From contig MFQT01000002.1 in assembly GCA_001783145.1 (NCBI GenBank), positions 24,941-88,940 of the forward strand: 64,000 nt of DNA, written 5' to 3'. Made by a program: the position numbers and the translations under genes. Below the pieces are notes generated by a model, which worked only from the letters and a program-made list of their open reading frames with translations, was not told the origin of the DNA and did no database searches. This document shows, piece after piece, positions 32,408 through 40,337 of the stretch (its first letter is position 1; each line of letters opens with the position of its first letter). The DNA is from Candidatus Magasanikbacteria bacterium RIFOXYB2_FULL_38_10 (GTDB taxonomy: Bacteria; Patescibacteriota; Patescibacteriia; Magasanikbacterales; UBA10003).

Positions 32408-32508
32408 ATTTCTAATTCTTGTTTAATTAACGCTCGCCTTGGCAGGTTCGCCAAAATGCTGACAGTGTTGAGCGATTTCATTACGAGTAAGTCTTAGGGG
32501 CATAAAAA

Positions 32509-34638
32509 TTATTCCGGCCAATTTTCAATCATTAAAAATTCCTTTTGTTTAGACGGAGACATTTGATATACAGCTTCTGTGACATACGGAACAAAAGGAT
32601 GTAATAATTTGATACCAATTAACCAAACGCGGAAAAGTGTTTGCTTGGCCGCTTTTTTTTCTTCTTCACTTACCTCGGCAGACAGCCGCGGTTTTATTTC
32701 TTCTAAATATTTATCGCAAAATTCATGCCAAAAAAATTGATAAGCCTCTTCCGCTGCCAAATGAAAATCAAAATCGTCTAAATTTTTCGTCACTTTTTTT
32801 GTCACCTCGGCTAATCTTTCCAAAATTGCTTTGTCTTGTTCATTAACAACATTATTTTTCTCTGCTGGCACAAAATTTTCTCCCAAATTCATCATTACAA
32901 ACCTAGAAGCATTCCAAATTTTATTGGCAAAATTGCGATGCGCACGGATTTTATCTTCGGAAATAACAACATCATTACCAGCGGAAACTCCAAACACCAA
33001 AGCCATACGCAAAGCATCGGCTCCGTAATTTTCTACTACGCCCAAAGGATCAATTACATTGCCCTTAGACTTAGACATTTTTTGTCTGTCTTTGTCACGC
33101 ACAAGTCCGTGCAGATAAACATTTTTAAACGGCACTTTGCCAGTCACATAAATTCCCAGCATTATCATTCTGGCTACCCAAAAAAACAAGATATCCCAAC
33201 CAGTTTCCATTACGGCTGTTGGATAAAACCTTTTAAAATCGCCAGTGGTTTGCAGAGTGGCAAACGGCCACTGACCAGAAGAAAACCAAGTATCAAAAAC
33301 ATCAGTTTCTTGCACCCAGCCCTCCCCTTTCGGCGCTTCTTCACCCGCATAAACTTCTTCACCCTTGTACCACACCGGAATTTGAATCCCCCAAACAATC
33401 TGACGGGAAACATTCCAATCGCGGATATTTTCCAGCCAATGAAAAAATATTTTTTCAAATTTTTCCGTGACAAATTTTACCTCGCCGTTTCTAACCGCCT
33501 CCATGGCTTTTTCTGCCAAAGGTTTCATTTTAATAAACCACTGAGGCAAAACCCTAGGCTCCAAAACATTGCCGCATTTATAGCAGGTGGCCACACTATG
33601 TTTGTAATTAGCATCAATTTTCACCATCAAGCCGGCTTTTTCCAAATCCTGCGCAATCACTTTTCTAGCCTCGGCAATCTTTAAACCATGATATTTTTTA
33701 GCCGCCTCATTATCTGGAAAATGCTTTAACAAATTCAATTTGCCATATTGATCAATCACTTCTATGGGTCCGGGAATTTCATTTTTGTGCCTCTGCCAAA
33801 TTTCATAATCAATTGGATCGTGGGCCGGCGTCACTTTTACCGCGCCCGTGCCAAATGTGGGATCTACGGCTTCATCGGCAATAACTTTTATTTTAGTTTT
33901 GCCAATTAAAGTTTCTATCTCCACCTCTTGGCCAATATATTCTTTATAGCGTTCATCATTAGGATGCACGGCAATAGCCGTATCACCAAACTTAGTTTCC
34001 AACCGCACCGTGGCCAAAGTAATCGGCCCATATTTTATATAATACAAAGGATCTTCTTTTTCTACATGCTTCACTTCCAAATCAGATAAAGTAGTTTGAT
34101 GTTTCACACACCAGTTGATAATTCTTTCTCCGCGATAAGCCAGGCCATCATCGTAAAGCTTTTTAAAAGTTTGATTGACGATTTTGACAATTTCCGGGTC
34201 CAGAGCAAAAGTTTCTTTTGTCCAATCGCAAGACGCACCAAGTCGGCGCAATTGCCCTTCCATTACCGTTTTGTTGGTTTGCGTAAAATCCCAAATTTCT
34301 TTGTATAATTCATCTCTGGGAATAGTAAACCAATTACGACCATCCTTTTCCAATTTTTTTTGATAAACAACTTGCGTTTCAAAACCGGCGTGATCGGCCC
34401 CGGGCAACCATAAAGTCGGTTCGCCTTTCATCCTATGATAGCGCACCATAATATCTTCCAGTGTCACAAAAACCGCGTGACCCACGTGCAAAGAACCATT
34501 GGAATTAGGCGGTGGCATTATAATACAAAACGGCTCGCCCTTGGCCTCTTTAGACGAGGCAAATTTTCCGCTCGCCTCCCATTGTTTATAAATTTCCTTT
34601 TCAAATTCCTCCGGTTTAAAAACTTTTGGCAATTCCAT
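32509..34638 (-). CDS. valS: Valine--tRNA ligase (compact form lacking the C-terminal coiled coil)
   Basis: PPPN..LHVGH, GTGAVKVTPAHD, DWNVSRQ, KMSKS. Confidence 0.97.
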   Translation of the reverse strand: MELPKVFKPEEFEKEIYKQWEASGKFASSKEAKGEPFCIIMPPPNSNGSLHVGHAVFVTLEDIMVRYHRMKGEPTLWLPGADHAGFETQVVYQKKLEKDGRNWFTIPRDELYKEIWDFTQTNKTVMEGQLRRLGASCDWTKETFALDPEIVKIVNQTFKKLYDDGLAYRGERIINWCVKHQTTLSDLEVKHVEKEDPLYYIKYGPITLATVRLETKFGDTAIAVHPNDERYKEYIGQEVEIETLIGKTKIKVIADEAVDPTFGTGAVKVTPAHDPIDYEIWQRHKNEIPGPIEVIDQYGKLNLLKHFPDNEAAKKYHGLKIAEARKVIAQDLEKAGLMVKIDANYKHSVATCYKCGNVLEPRVLPQWFIKMKPLAEKAMEAVRNGEVKFVTEKFEKIFFHWLENIRDWNVSRQIVWGIQIPVWYKGEEVYAGEEAPKGEGWVQETDVFDTWFSSGQWPFATLQTTGDFKRFYPTAVMETGWDILFFWVARMIMLGIYVTGKVPFKNVYLHGLVRDKDRQKMSKSKGNVIDPLGVVENYGADALRMALVFGVSAGNDVVISEDKIRAHRNFANKIWNASRFVMMNLGENFVPAEKNNVVNEQDKAILERLAEVTKKVTKNLDDFDFHLAAEEAYQFFWHEFCDKYLEEIKPRLSAEVSEEEKKAAKQTLFRVWLIGIKLLHPFVPYVTEAVYQMSPSKQKEFLMIENWPE

Positions 34639-34742
34639 ACATAATAATTTTATTTGTCTCTTTATTCTAACTTAAAAACCGCTTTAAGGCAAGATCTTGA
34701 CTTACTAAACAATGGCAACTCAACAGGTTGCTTTTTTTAATT

Positions 34743-34768
34743 AAAAAACCCTTGCTGTTAAGCAAGGG
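34743..34768 (-). terminator. Intrinsic terminator of the 34786-35238 unit
   Basis: CCCTTGCT-loop-AGCAAGGG then T-tract on the minus strand. Confidence 0.75.
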
Positions 34769-34785
34769 CGTAAAACACTATCCAA

Positions 34786-35238
34786 TTAAATAATGGTTAC
34801 AAAAAAATCAACCAAAACCAACACGAAACAAGTAGACCCTAGCGCGATACTGACGACAAAAGTCTTGCTAATCCACTTAATGGTAGTTTGAGCAAGATTG
34901 GGCTGGCTCTTTTGAAAAAGCGGGGCAATGGTCAAAAACTTGTTCAACTGCCTTGCTTCCCACAAGATATACAAAAACTGGGAAAGAGCCATGGTAAAGG
35001 AAAATAACCCCAGCGGAAAAAGGAAATTGCTTTTAAAAGCCTGACTGAACGGCCCATAAAGACAATAGGTAGAGACGAGCAACAAGGGCAGACCAAAAAC
35101 TAAGCACATTTTCATCAGCACTTCCAGAAAGGCACTTCCCTCCCTGGCGCCAGGTGTCAAAAAAGAAAACAACGCCCAACCAGTACTGGACAGACCCAAT
35201 CCCATCGCCACAAAAAGAGCAATGATTAAACCGTGCAT
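34786..35238 (-). CDS. Hypothetical 4-TM membrane protein (stand-alone unit)
   Basis: ATG at 35238 preceded by GAGGAGGGG; hydrophobic helices; TTGACA-N17-TAAGCT promoter at 35315-35287. Confidence 0.65.
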   Translation of the reverse strand: MHGLIIALFVAMGLGLSSTGWALFSFLTPGAREGSAFLEVLMKMCLVFGLPLLLVSTYCLYGPFSQAFKSNFLFPLGLFSFTMALSQFLYILWEARQLNKFLTIAPLFQKSQPNLAQTTIKWISKTFVVSIALGSTCFVLVLVDFFVTII

Positions 35239-35396
35239 GATCCCCTCCTCACTTTGATTTATCAAAAAACTGTTTTTCTATTAAGGAGCTTAGCAAAATA
35301 ATTGAAAAATGTCAATCTCGCGTCTAGCACACATATTCTAGTACGCCTATTTGACAATCTCTCTTCCTTATTATACTATAACCTATTCTGGTAATT

Positions 35397-36527
35397 ATGG
35401 CTTTAGAAAGGGAAAAACAACTTACGGAAGCGATAAACCGCGCCCGCCAAATTTTGGTGGTTTTTAGACATGACTCTGGCGACGGCCTAGCCACAGCCTT
35501 GGCCTTAGGGCAAATCCTTAAAAAAATGAACAAGCAAACGGAAATAATCAGCCCCAATTTTTCCCCTCCCGCCATCTTCAATTTCCTGCCCGGTTTTAAA
35601 GAAATTCACACTAATCTTTCGCCTCTACAAAAATTCATCATCAAAGTTGATTTATCCAAAAATAAACTGGCTTCTTTAAGTTATGATGTTAAAGATGATA
35701 ATTTATTCGTCTATATCACACCTAAAACAGGATTGATTTCTCACGAAAACATTAAAACCGCTACCACGGATTTAAAATTTGATTTAATCTTTACGGTGGA
35801 TTGTCCGGATTTGCAATCACTGGGGACACTGTATCAAAATAATACCGATCTCTTTTCCAAAGTGCCTATTGTTAACATAGACCATAACCCAGCCAATGAA
35901 AATTTTGGTTCAATAAATCTAATAGATATTTCGGCCATGGCCAGCGCGGAAATTGTTTTTGAATTATTGCAAAAAACCTGGCCGGATTTTATCACTTCGG
36001 AAATTACTACTTTACTTTTAACGGGCTTGATTGTTAAAACCCAAAGTTTTCGCACGCCCAACATTAACGGCCGCACTTTGCACAACGCCAGTCAACTGGT
36101 AAATTTGGGAGCGGACAGAGAAAAAATTGTCACTGAACTTTATCGTCGTCGCACCCTGCCCACTTTAAAATTATGGGGCAAGGCACTAAGTAATTTAAAA
36201 AATGATAATGCCTGCGGCTTGGTTTGGACAGCACTGTCAAAAAATGATTTGCATGAATCCGGCGCCACAGCCCAGGAGTTGCCAGAAGTGGTTGACGAAC
36301 TGATTGCCAACTCTCCCGAGGCCAAAATTATTGTCTTGTTGTATGAAACAGAAATGGGCGTAGAAGGAATTGTGACAGCACAAAATAATTTTGACGCGCT
36401 GATGCTCACAAAAATATTCAATCCCGAAGGCACCAAGCAACGTGCGCGGATAACTATAAAAAATAAAAATTTGTTAACGGCGGAAAAAGAAGTGGTGGAA
36501 AAGATTAAAGAAGCGTTGGGAAAATAA
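35397..36527 (+). CDS. DHH/NrnA-family phosphoesterase-like protein with degenerate motifs
   Basis: HDSGDG, VDCPD, IDHNPAN, LLTGLI; no GGGH. Confidence 0.8.
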   Translation: MALEREKQLTEAINRARQILVVFRHDSGDGLATALALGQILKKMNKQTEIISPNFSPPAIFNFLPGFKEIHTNLSPLQKFIIKVDLSKNKLASLSYDVKDDNLFVYITPKTGLISHENIKTATTDLKFDLIFTVDCPDLQSLGTLYQNNTDLFSKVPIVNIDHNPANENFGSINLIDISAMASAEIVFELLQKTWPDFITSEITTLLLTGLIVKTQSFRTPNINGRTLHNASQLVNLGADREKIVTELYRRRTLPTLKLWGKALSNLKNDNACGLVWTALSKNDLHESGATAQELPEVVDELIANSPEAKIIVLLYETEMGVEGIVTAQNNFDALMLTKIFNPEGTKQRARITIKNKNLLTAEKEVVEKIKEALGK

Positions 36528-36625
36528 AAATCGTTGACGAAATGTCAAGAGCGATTTTTTTGTTGGCGCAATTTTTTTGTATAAAAAATCCGCCGGTACT
36601 CAAACCAGCGGAGGAAATGACAAAG

Positions 36626-36760
36626 TTAATTACACGTCGCAGTTAAGCCGGCTTTTTGGGCAATTTTTTGCACCGCCGCCGAACCCAATTCTAAAGCCGC
36701 AAAATACACCGCCGATTCTTTTTCATTTAAACCAAATTGTTCCAAAATTGTTGATTTCAT
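36626..36760 (-). pseudogene. Truncated TrmB-family HTH regulator (44 aa)
   Basis: Hand translation MKSTILEQFGLNEKESAVYFAALELGSAAVQKIAQKAGLTATCN*; matches the TrmB N-terminus but stops inside the HTH. Confidence 0.7.
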
Positions 36761-36785
36761 AAGATAGTTTCACTATATCAAAAAT

Positions 36786-37718
36786 CTATTGAACAAGCAT
36801 TTTTTTGGCCTGCAATTCTTTTTTAGAAAGCCATAAAAATACACCCACCACTATAAAAGTTATTACGGGCGAAAACCAACTGGGAATATGCGCTTGCAAA
36901 CTTTCGGCGAGCATTATTGCGCCTAAAACGCCAATGGAATACATAGCGCCATTTTTTAAATAACGATATTTTTTAACAGTTTTAATGCCATGTACGGTAA
37001 AATATCGAACCACCACGGCTCCTAAACCATTACCAAGTAAAATTAAAGGAATGGAAACCGTGAAAGCAAACGCGCCTAGCACTCCATCAATAGAAAAAGT
37101 GGTATCGATCACTTCCAAATATAAAATTTTGCTGATATCCGAAAGATGCCCCGTGGTTAACTCCTTCTCTTTTTCTTCGGCATTCTTTTTAAATCCATTA
37201 GTAATAAAAAAAGCTGTGGAACCGACCACCGCGCCTAAAGCAATAAACGGGTTGATCTTGATGGTCACCCAAACCACGGTTAACAAAATAACAGAAGCGA
37301 CGGCGTAAAACCAAAATGATAAACGGTGATGAATATATTTTTCCAAAAAGAAGGCATATTCCTTTGTTTCCAAAAACAACCAATAAAAAAACAAATAAAC
37401 CAAATACATACCGCCGCCAGCTAAAAGTATAGGGGTCTGTTTTTCAATTATTTTAATTACCGATTGATCAGAACTAAAAGTAGCCCAAAAAGATTGCACC
37501 AAATTTAATCCCGGACTGGAAAAATAAATAATTAAAAGCGGCATGAAGCCGCGCACCAAAAAAACGGCAATGATGATGCCGTAAAACAAAAACCAATGGC
37601 GCGCCCTCTTAGACATGGTGGAAAGAACATCGGCATTCACCACGGCGTTGTCAATACTGGAAATAACCTCAAACAAAGTTAGGCCCAACACTATTAAAAT
37701 GATTTCGGAAAAATTCAT
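36786..37718 (-). CDS. DUF475/TerC-like membrane protein
   Basis: EVISSIDNAVVNA, LEVIDTTFSIDGVLGAFA, YLKNGAMYSI; start at MNFSE. Confidence 0.88.
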   Translation of the reverse strand: MNFSEIILIVLGLTLFEVISSIDNAVVNADVLSTMSKRARHWFLFYGIIIAVFLVRGFMPLLIIYFSSPGLNLVQSFWATFSSDQSVIKIIEKQTPILLAGGGMYLVYLFFYWLFLETKEYAFFLEKYIHHRLSFWFYAVASVILLTVVWVTIKINPFIALGAVVGSTAFFITNGFKKNAEEKEKELTTGHLSDISKILYLEVIDTTFSIDGVLGAFAFTVSIPLILLGNGLGAVVVRYFTVHGIKTVKKYRYLKNGAMYSIGVLGAIMLAESLQAHIPSWFSPVITFIVVGVFLWLSKKELQAKKMLVQ

Positions 37719-37742
37719 AATTAATTTATAGGTAGGTTTTTT

Positions 37743-37818
37743 TGGTGCGCCTGGATGGATTTGAACCATCGACCCTGCGATTATAAGTCGCATGCTCTAA
37801 CCACTGAGCTACAGGCGC
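37743..37818 (-). tRNA. tRNA-Ile(TAT)
   Basis: GCGCCTG acceptor stem, TGCGA-CTTATAA-TCGCA anticodon arm, GGTTCAAAT, A73 and encoded CCA. Confidence 0.93.
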
Positions 37819-37822
37819 AAAA

Positions 37823-38482
37823 TTAATGAATTGAACTCAAAACTTTAATTTGCATCAAAATTTTCTCTTTCAATGTTACTCGATTAAACATGATTGTGCA
37901 AGTACCATGGCCAAATCCTCCTTTATGATTAATGCGCTTACTAATATTTTTTTTAATATAAGGCTTAATAAATTGATCTGATGATATTTTAAGATATTCA
38001 GACCAAAAATCAATTTCTTCCTTAATATTCATGTCGGGGTAAAGTTGTAAACCAATCCGTAAATCAGTTCTAGAAATTTTGTGAATATCAGTTAGCCATT
38101 TAATAAAAAATTTTAAAATATTAGGATCCGTATTAGCTAATGCCACTCTAGACCAGTCTTGCTTTGATCCCTCGCCCCAATATAATCCCAAACCTATTAA
38201 AAATAGTTCTCTTTTATTTAAAGGTAATAATAATTCTTTTTCTCTACAAAATATTTCTTCCATTCTCTTTTTTCTTTTTTCAAACATGGTATTTCTGAAT
38301 TTTTCTATTCTATCCAAATTTTTATTTCGCAGCTCATCTATCCTCTTTTTAGACAAAGGGAGAAAATAAAGCCAGGAACTTAAAGTACTTTTAGAAACTT
38401 TAATTTCTCTTTTAATTTGAGAATAACTCAGTCCTTTTTTTCTTAAAGATAAAGCTTTTTCTCTCAATAAAATTTTGGACAT
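37823..38482 (-). CDS. HTH + LAGLIDADG-like (homing-endonuclease-like) protein
   Basis: N-terminal LRKKGLSYSQI..VSKSTLSSW HTH; LIGLGLYWGEGSK motif followed by ANTDP; very AT-rich; abuts the tRNA. Confidence 0.65.
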   Translation of the reverse strand: MSKILLREKALSLRKKGLSYSQIKREIKVSKSTLSSWLYFLPLSKKRIDELRNKNLDRIEKFRNTMFEKRKKRMEEIFCREKELLLPLNKRELFLIGLGLYWGEGSKQDWSRVALANTDPNILKFFIKWLTDIHKISRTDLRIGLQLYPDMNIKEEIDFWSEYLKISSDQFIKPYIKKNISKRINHKGGFGHGTCTIMFNRVTLKEKILMQIKVLSSIH

Positions 38483-38708
38483 ACAAAATAGGTTTGTAGG
38501 AATTTATTTCATAAGTACATTATAACATATGTAAATATCTAATATCAAATAAATAGAGATCCCCTATCTGAATGGCCGTGGTCATAAATACGCGATTATG
38601 ATTATTATGATTTGAGTAATTTAATAATTTGTAAAGAAACCGAACACGCCCCATGACTGACCATGTTTTTGGACTTTTGTCAAGATGCTTGCTAAAATAG
38701 CCTTATCT

Positions 38709-40259
38709 ATGTCTATACCCTTAATTATTCAAAAATCCCTCACTCTAGCTCAAAAACAGGAAAAGGGCTTGGTTTTTATTGCGGTTTTATTTAAAAAAAT
38801 ACCTTCGACCGAAATTTTTTTTGTTGGCGGCATTGTGCGCGACTGGCTTTTAAAACGTCCCAGCAAAGATTTTGATTTTGTGATTCGCGGCGTACCGGCC
38901 AAAAAACTGGCGGCTTTTTTAAAGACTCAAGGCACGGTTAATTTGGTGGGCGAACGCTTTGGTGTCTTCAAATTCCAACCTAAAAATTCCTCTTCCACTT
39001 TTGATATTGCTCTCCCCCGCACCGAACATGCCCTGGGCACTGGCGGCTATCGTGATGTAGAAACTCAATCCGATTATAAATTATCACTGGAACAAGATTT
39101 GGCGCGCCGTGATTTTACCATCAACGCCCTGGCTTTGCGGTTAGGAATAAAAAATAAAAAAATTATTGCCGTGGATCTCATTGATGCTTTTGGTGGCCTT
39201 GCCGACTTAAAGAAAAAAATACTCCGCACGGTTGGCCTGCCACAGGAAAGATTTCAAGAAGATTATTCCCGGCTTTTACGAGGCTTGCGTTTTAGCGCCG
39301 CTTTAAATTTTGAATTAGAAGACAAAACCTGGACGGCTTTAAAAAAACAAATCTCCCAGATAAATAAAGAAATCCGCCTCAACGGAGAAATAAAACGTCT
39401 TGTGCCTTACGAAATTGTGGCGCGCGAATTTTTAAAATCCTTAATGAAGAATCCTGTTAAGACAATGGATCTATGGCTTAACTCGGGAGCTTTTAAATAC
39501 TTGATTCCGGAAATCTTAAAAATGAAAGATTGTCCTCAGCCGCCGCAATTTCATGCCGAGGGCGATGTTTGGACCCACACACGAATTGCCCTGGCCACTA
39601 TTCATACCCCGGGTTTTAAAAAATTTATTAAAACCTTGCCGATAAATTTACAGGCAGAAGCCCCAATTACCCCAGAGCTAGTGTTGGGAGTTTTATTTCA
39701 TGATTTAGGCAAGCCTTACACCATCAAGACCCCAGAAAAAGACGGGGTGGATAGAATAAGGACAGATGAACATGACAGCGTGGGTGCGGAGCTAATCAAA
39801 AAAATTGGCCAGCGCCTTAAATTTTCCAGCGTAGAAGACTACCCTTGTGACACAGATAAAGTGGCCTGGATGATTCAACGACATCTTTTAACTGTACATG
39901 GCGATCCAATGAAATTCACTAACCGTACGATTGAAAAAAATTTCTTTAATCCCCTGGTGCCAGGAGCGGATTTATTAAAATTAATTTATTGCGACCAGAT
40001 GGCTTCTTACGTCGGTGGCACGCCACAACTGGGATCACTGCCTGTTTTGGTGAAAAGAATAAAATTACTACTAAAAAATCTTAAACAAAAAAAGACTTTG
40101 CCCCCGCCGCTTTTGGATGGACACGAAATTATGAAAATTTTAAAAATCCAACCTGGGCCGCAAGTTGGAAAGTATTTGGAAGAATTGCGCGAGGCCCAGC
40201 TCTCTAGAAAAATCAAAAACAAAAAAGAAGCACAGAAGTTTCTCACAGTAAAAAAATAA
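38709..40259 (+). CDS. cca: CCA tRNA nucleotidyltransferase with HD domain
   Basis: VGGIVRD, DFD, DLARRDFTINA, EDYSRLLR, H.EGDVWTH, FHDLGK. Confidence 0.92.
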   Translation: MSIPLIIQKSLTLAQKQEKGLVFIAVLFKKIPSTEIFFVGGIVRDWLLKRPSKDFDFVIRGVPAKKLAAFLKTQGTVNLVGERFGVFKFQPKNSSSTFDIALPRTEHALGTGGYRDVETQSDYKLSLEQDLARRDFTINALALRLGIKNKKIIAVDLIDAFGGLADLKKKILRTVGLPQERFQEDYSRLLRGLRFSAALNFELEDKTWTALKKQISQINKEIRLNGEIKRLVPYEIVAREFLKSLMKNPVKTMDLWLNSGAFKYLIPEILKMKDCPQPPQFHAEGDVWTHTRIALATIHTPGFKKFIKTLPINLQAEAPITPELVLGVLFHDLGKPYTIKTPEKDGVDRIRTDEHDSVGAELIKKIGQRLKFSSVEDYPCDTDKVAWMIQRHLLTVHGDPMKFTNRTIEKNFFNPLVPGADLLKLIYCDQMASYVGGTPQLGSLPVLVKRIKLLLKNLKQKKTLPPPLLDGHEIMKILKIQPGPQVGKYLEELREAQLSRKIKNKKEAQKFLTVKK

Positions 40260-40286
40260 TTCCTACCTGCGCGCGCTTGCAAAATT

Positions 40287-40331
40287 AAAAGACCCTTGTT
40301 AAACAGATGTTATTCCGTAAACAAGGGTCTT
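40287..40331 (-). terminator. Intrinsic terminator of the PilB-like unit
   Basis: AAGACCCTTGTT...AACAAGGGTCTT inverted repeat. Confidence 0.7.
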
Positions 40332-40337
40332 GCTGTT

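Noticed and set aside
32836-33684. 282-aa plus-strand ORF, also 11950-12543 and 27457-28095
   Set aside because: They are antisense to valS, groEL and the reductase-like gene and show no recognisable motifs.
37719-37793. N-terminal extension of the DUF475 ORF (and likewise 21458-21520)
   Set aside because: The extensions run through tRNA genes; the downstream ATGs are more plausible starts.
38520-38585. 21-aa micro-ORF MTTAIQIGDLYLFDIRYLHML behind the orphan boxA-like motif
   Set aside because: It has no SD, is very short and overlaps the promoter of the endonuclease-like gene.
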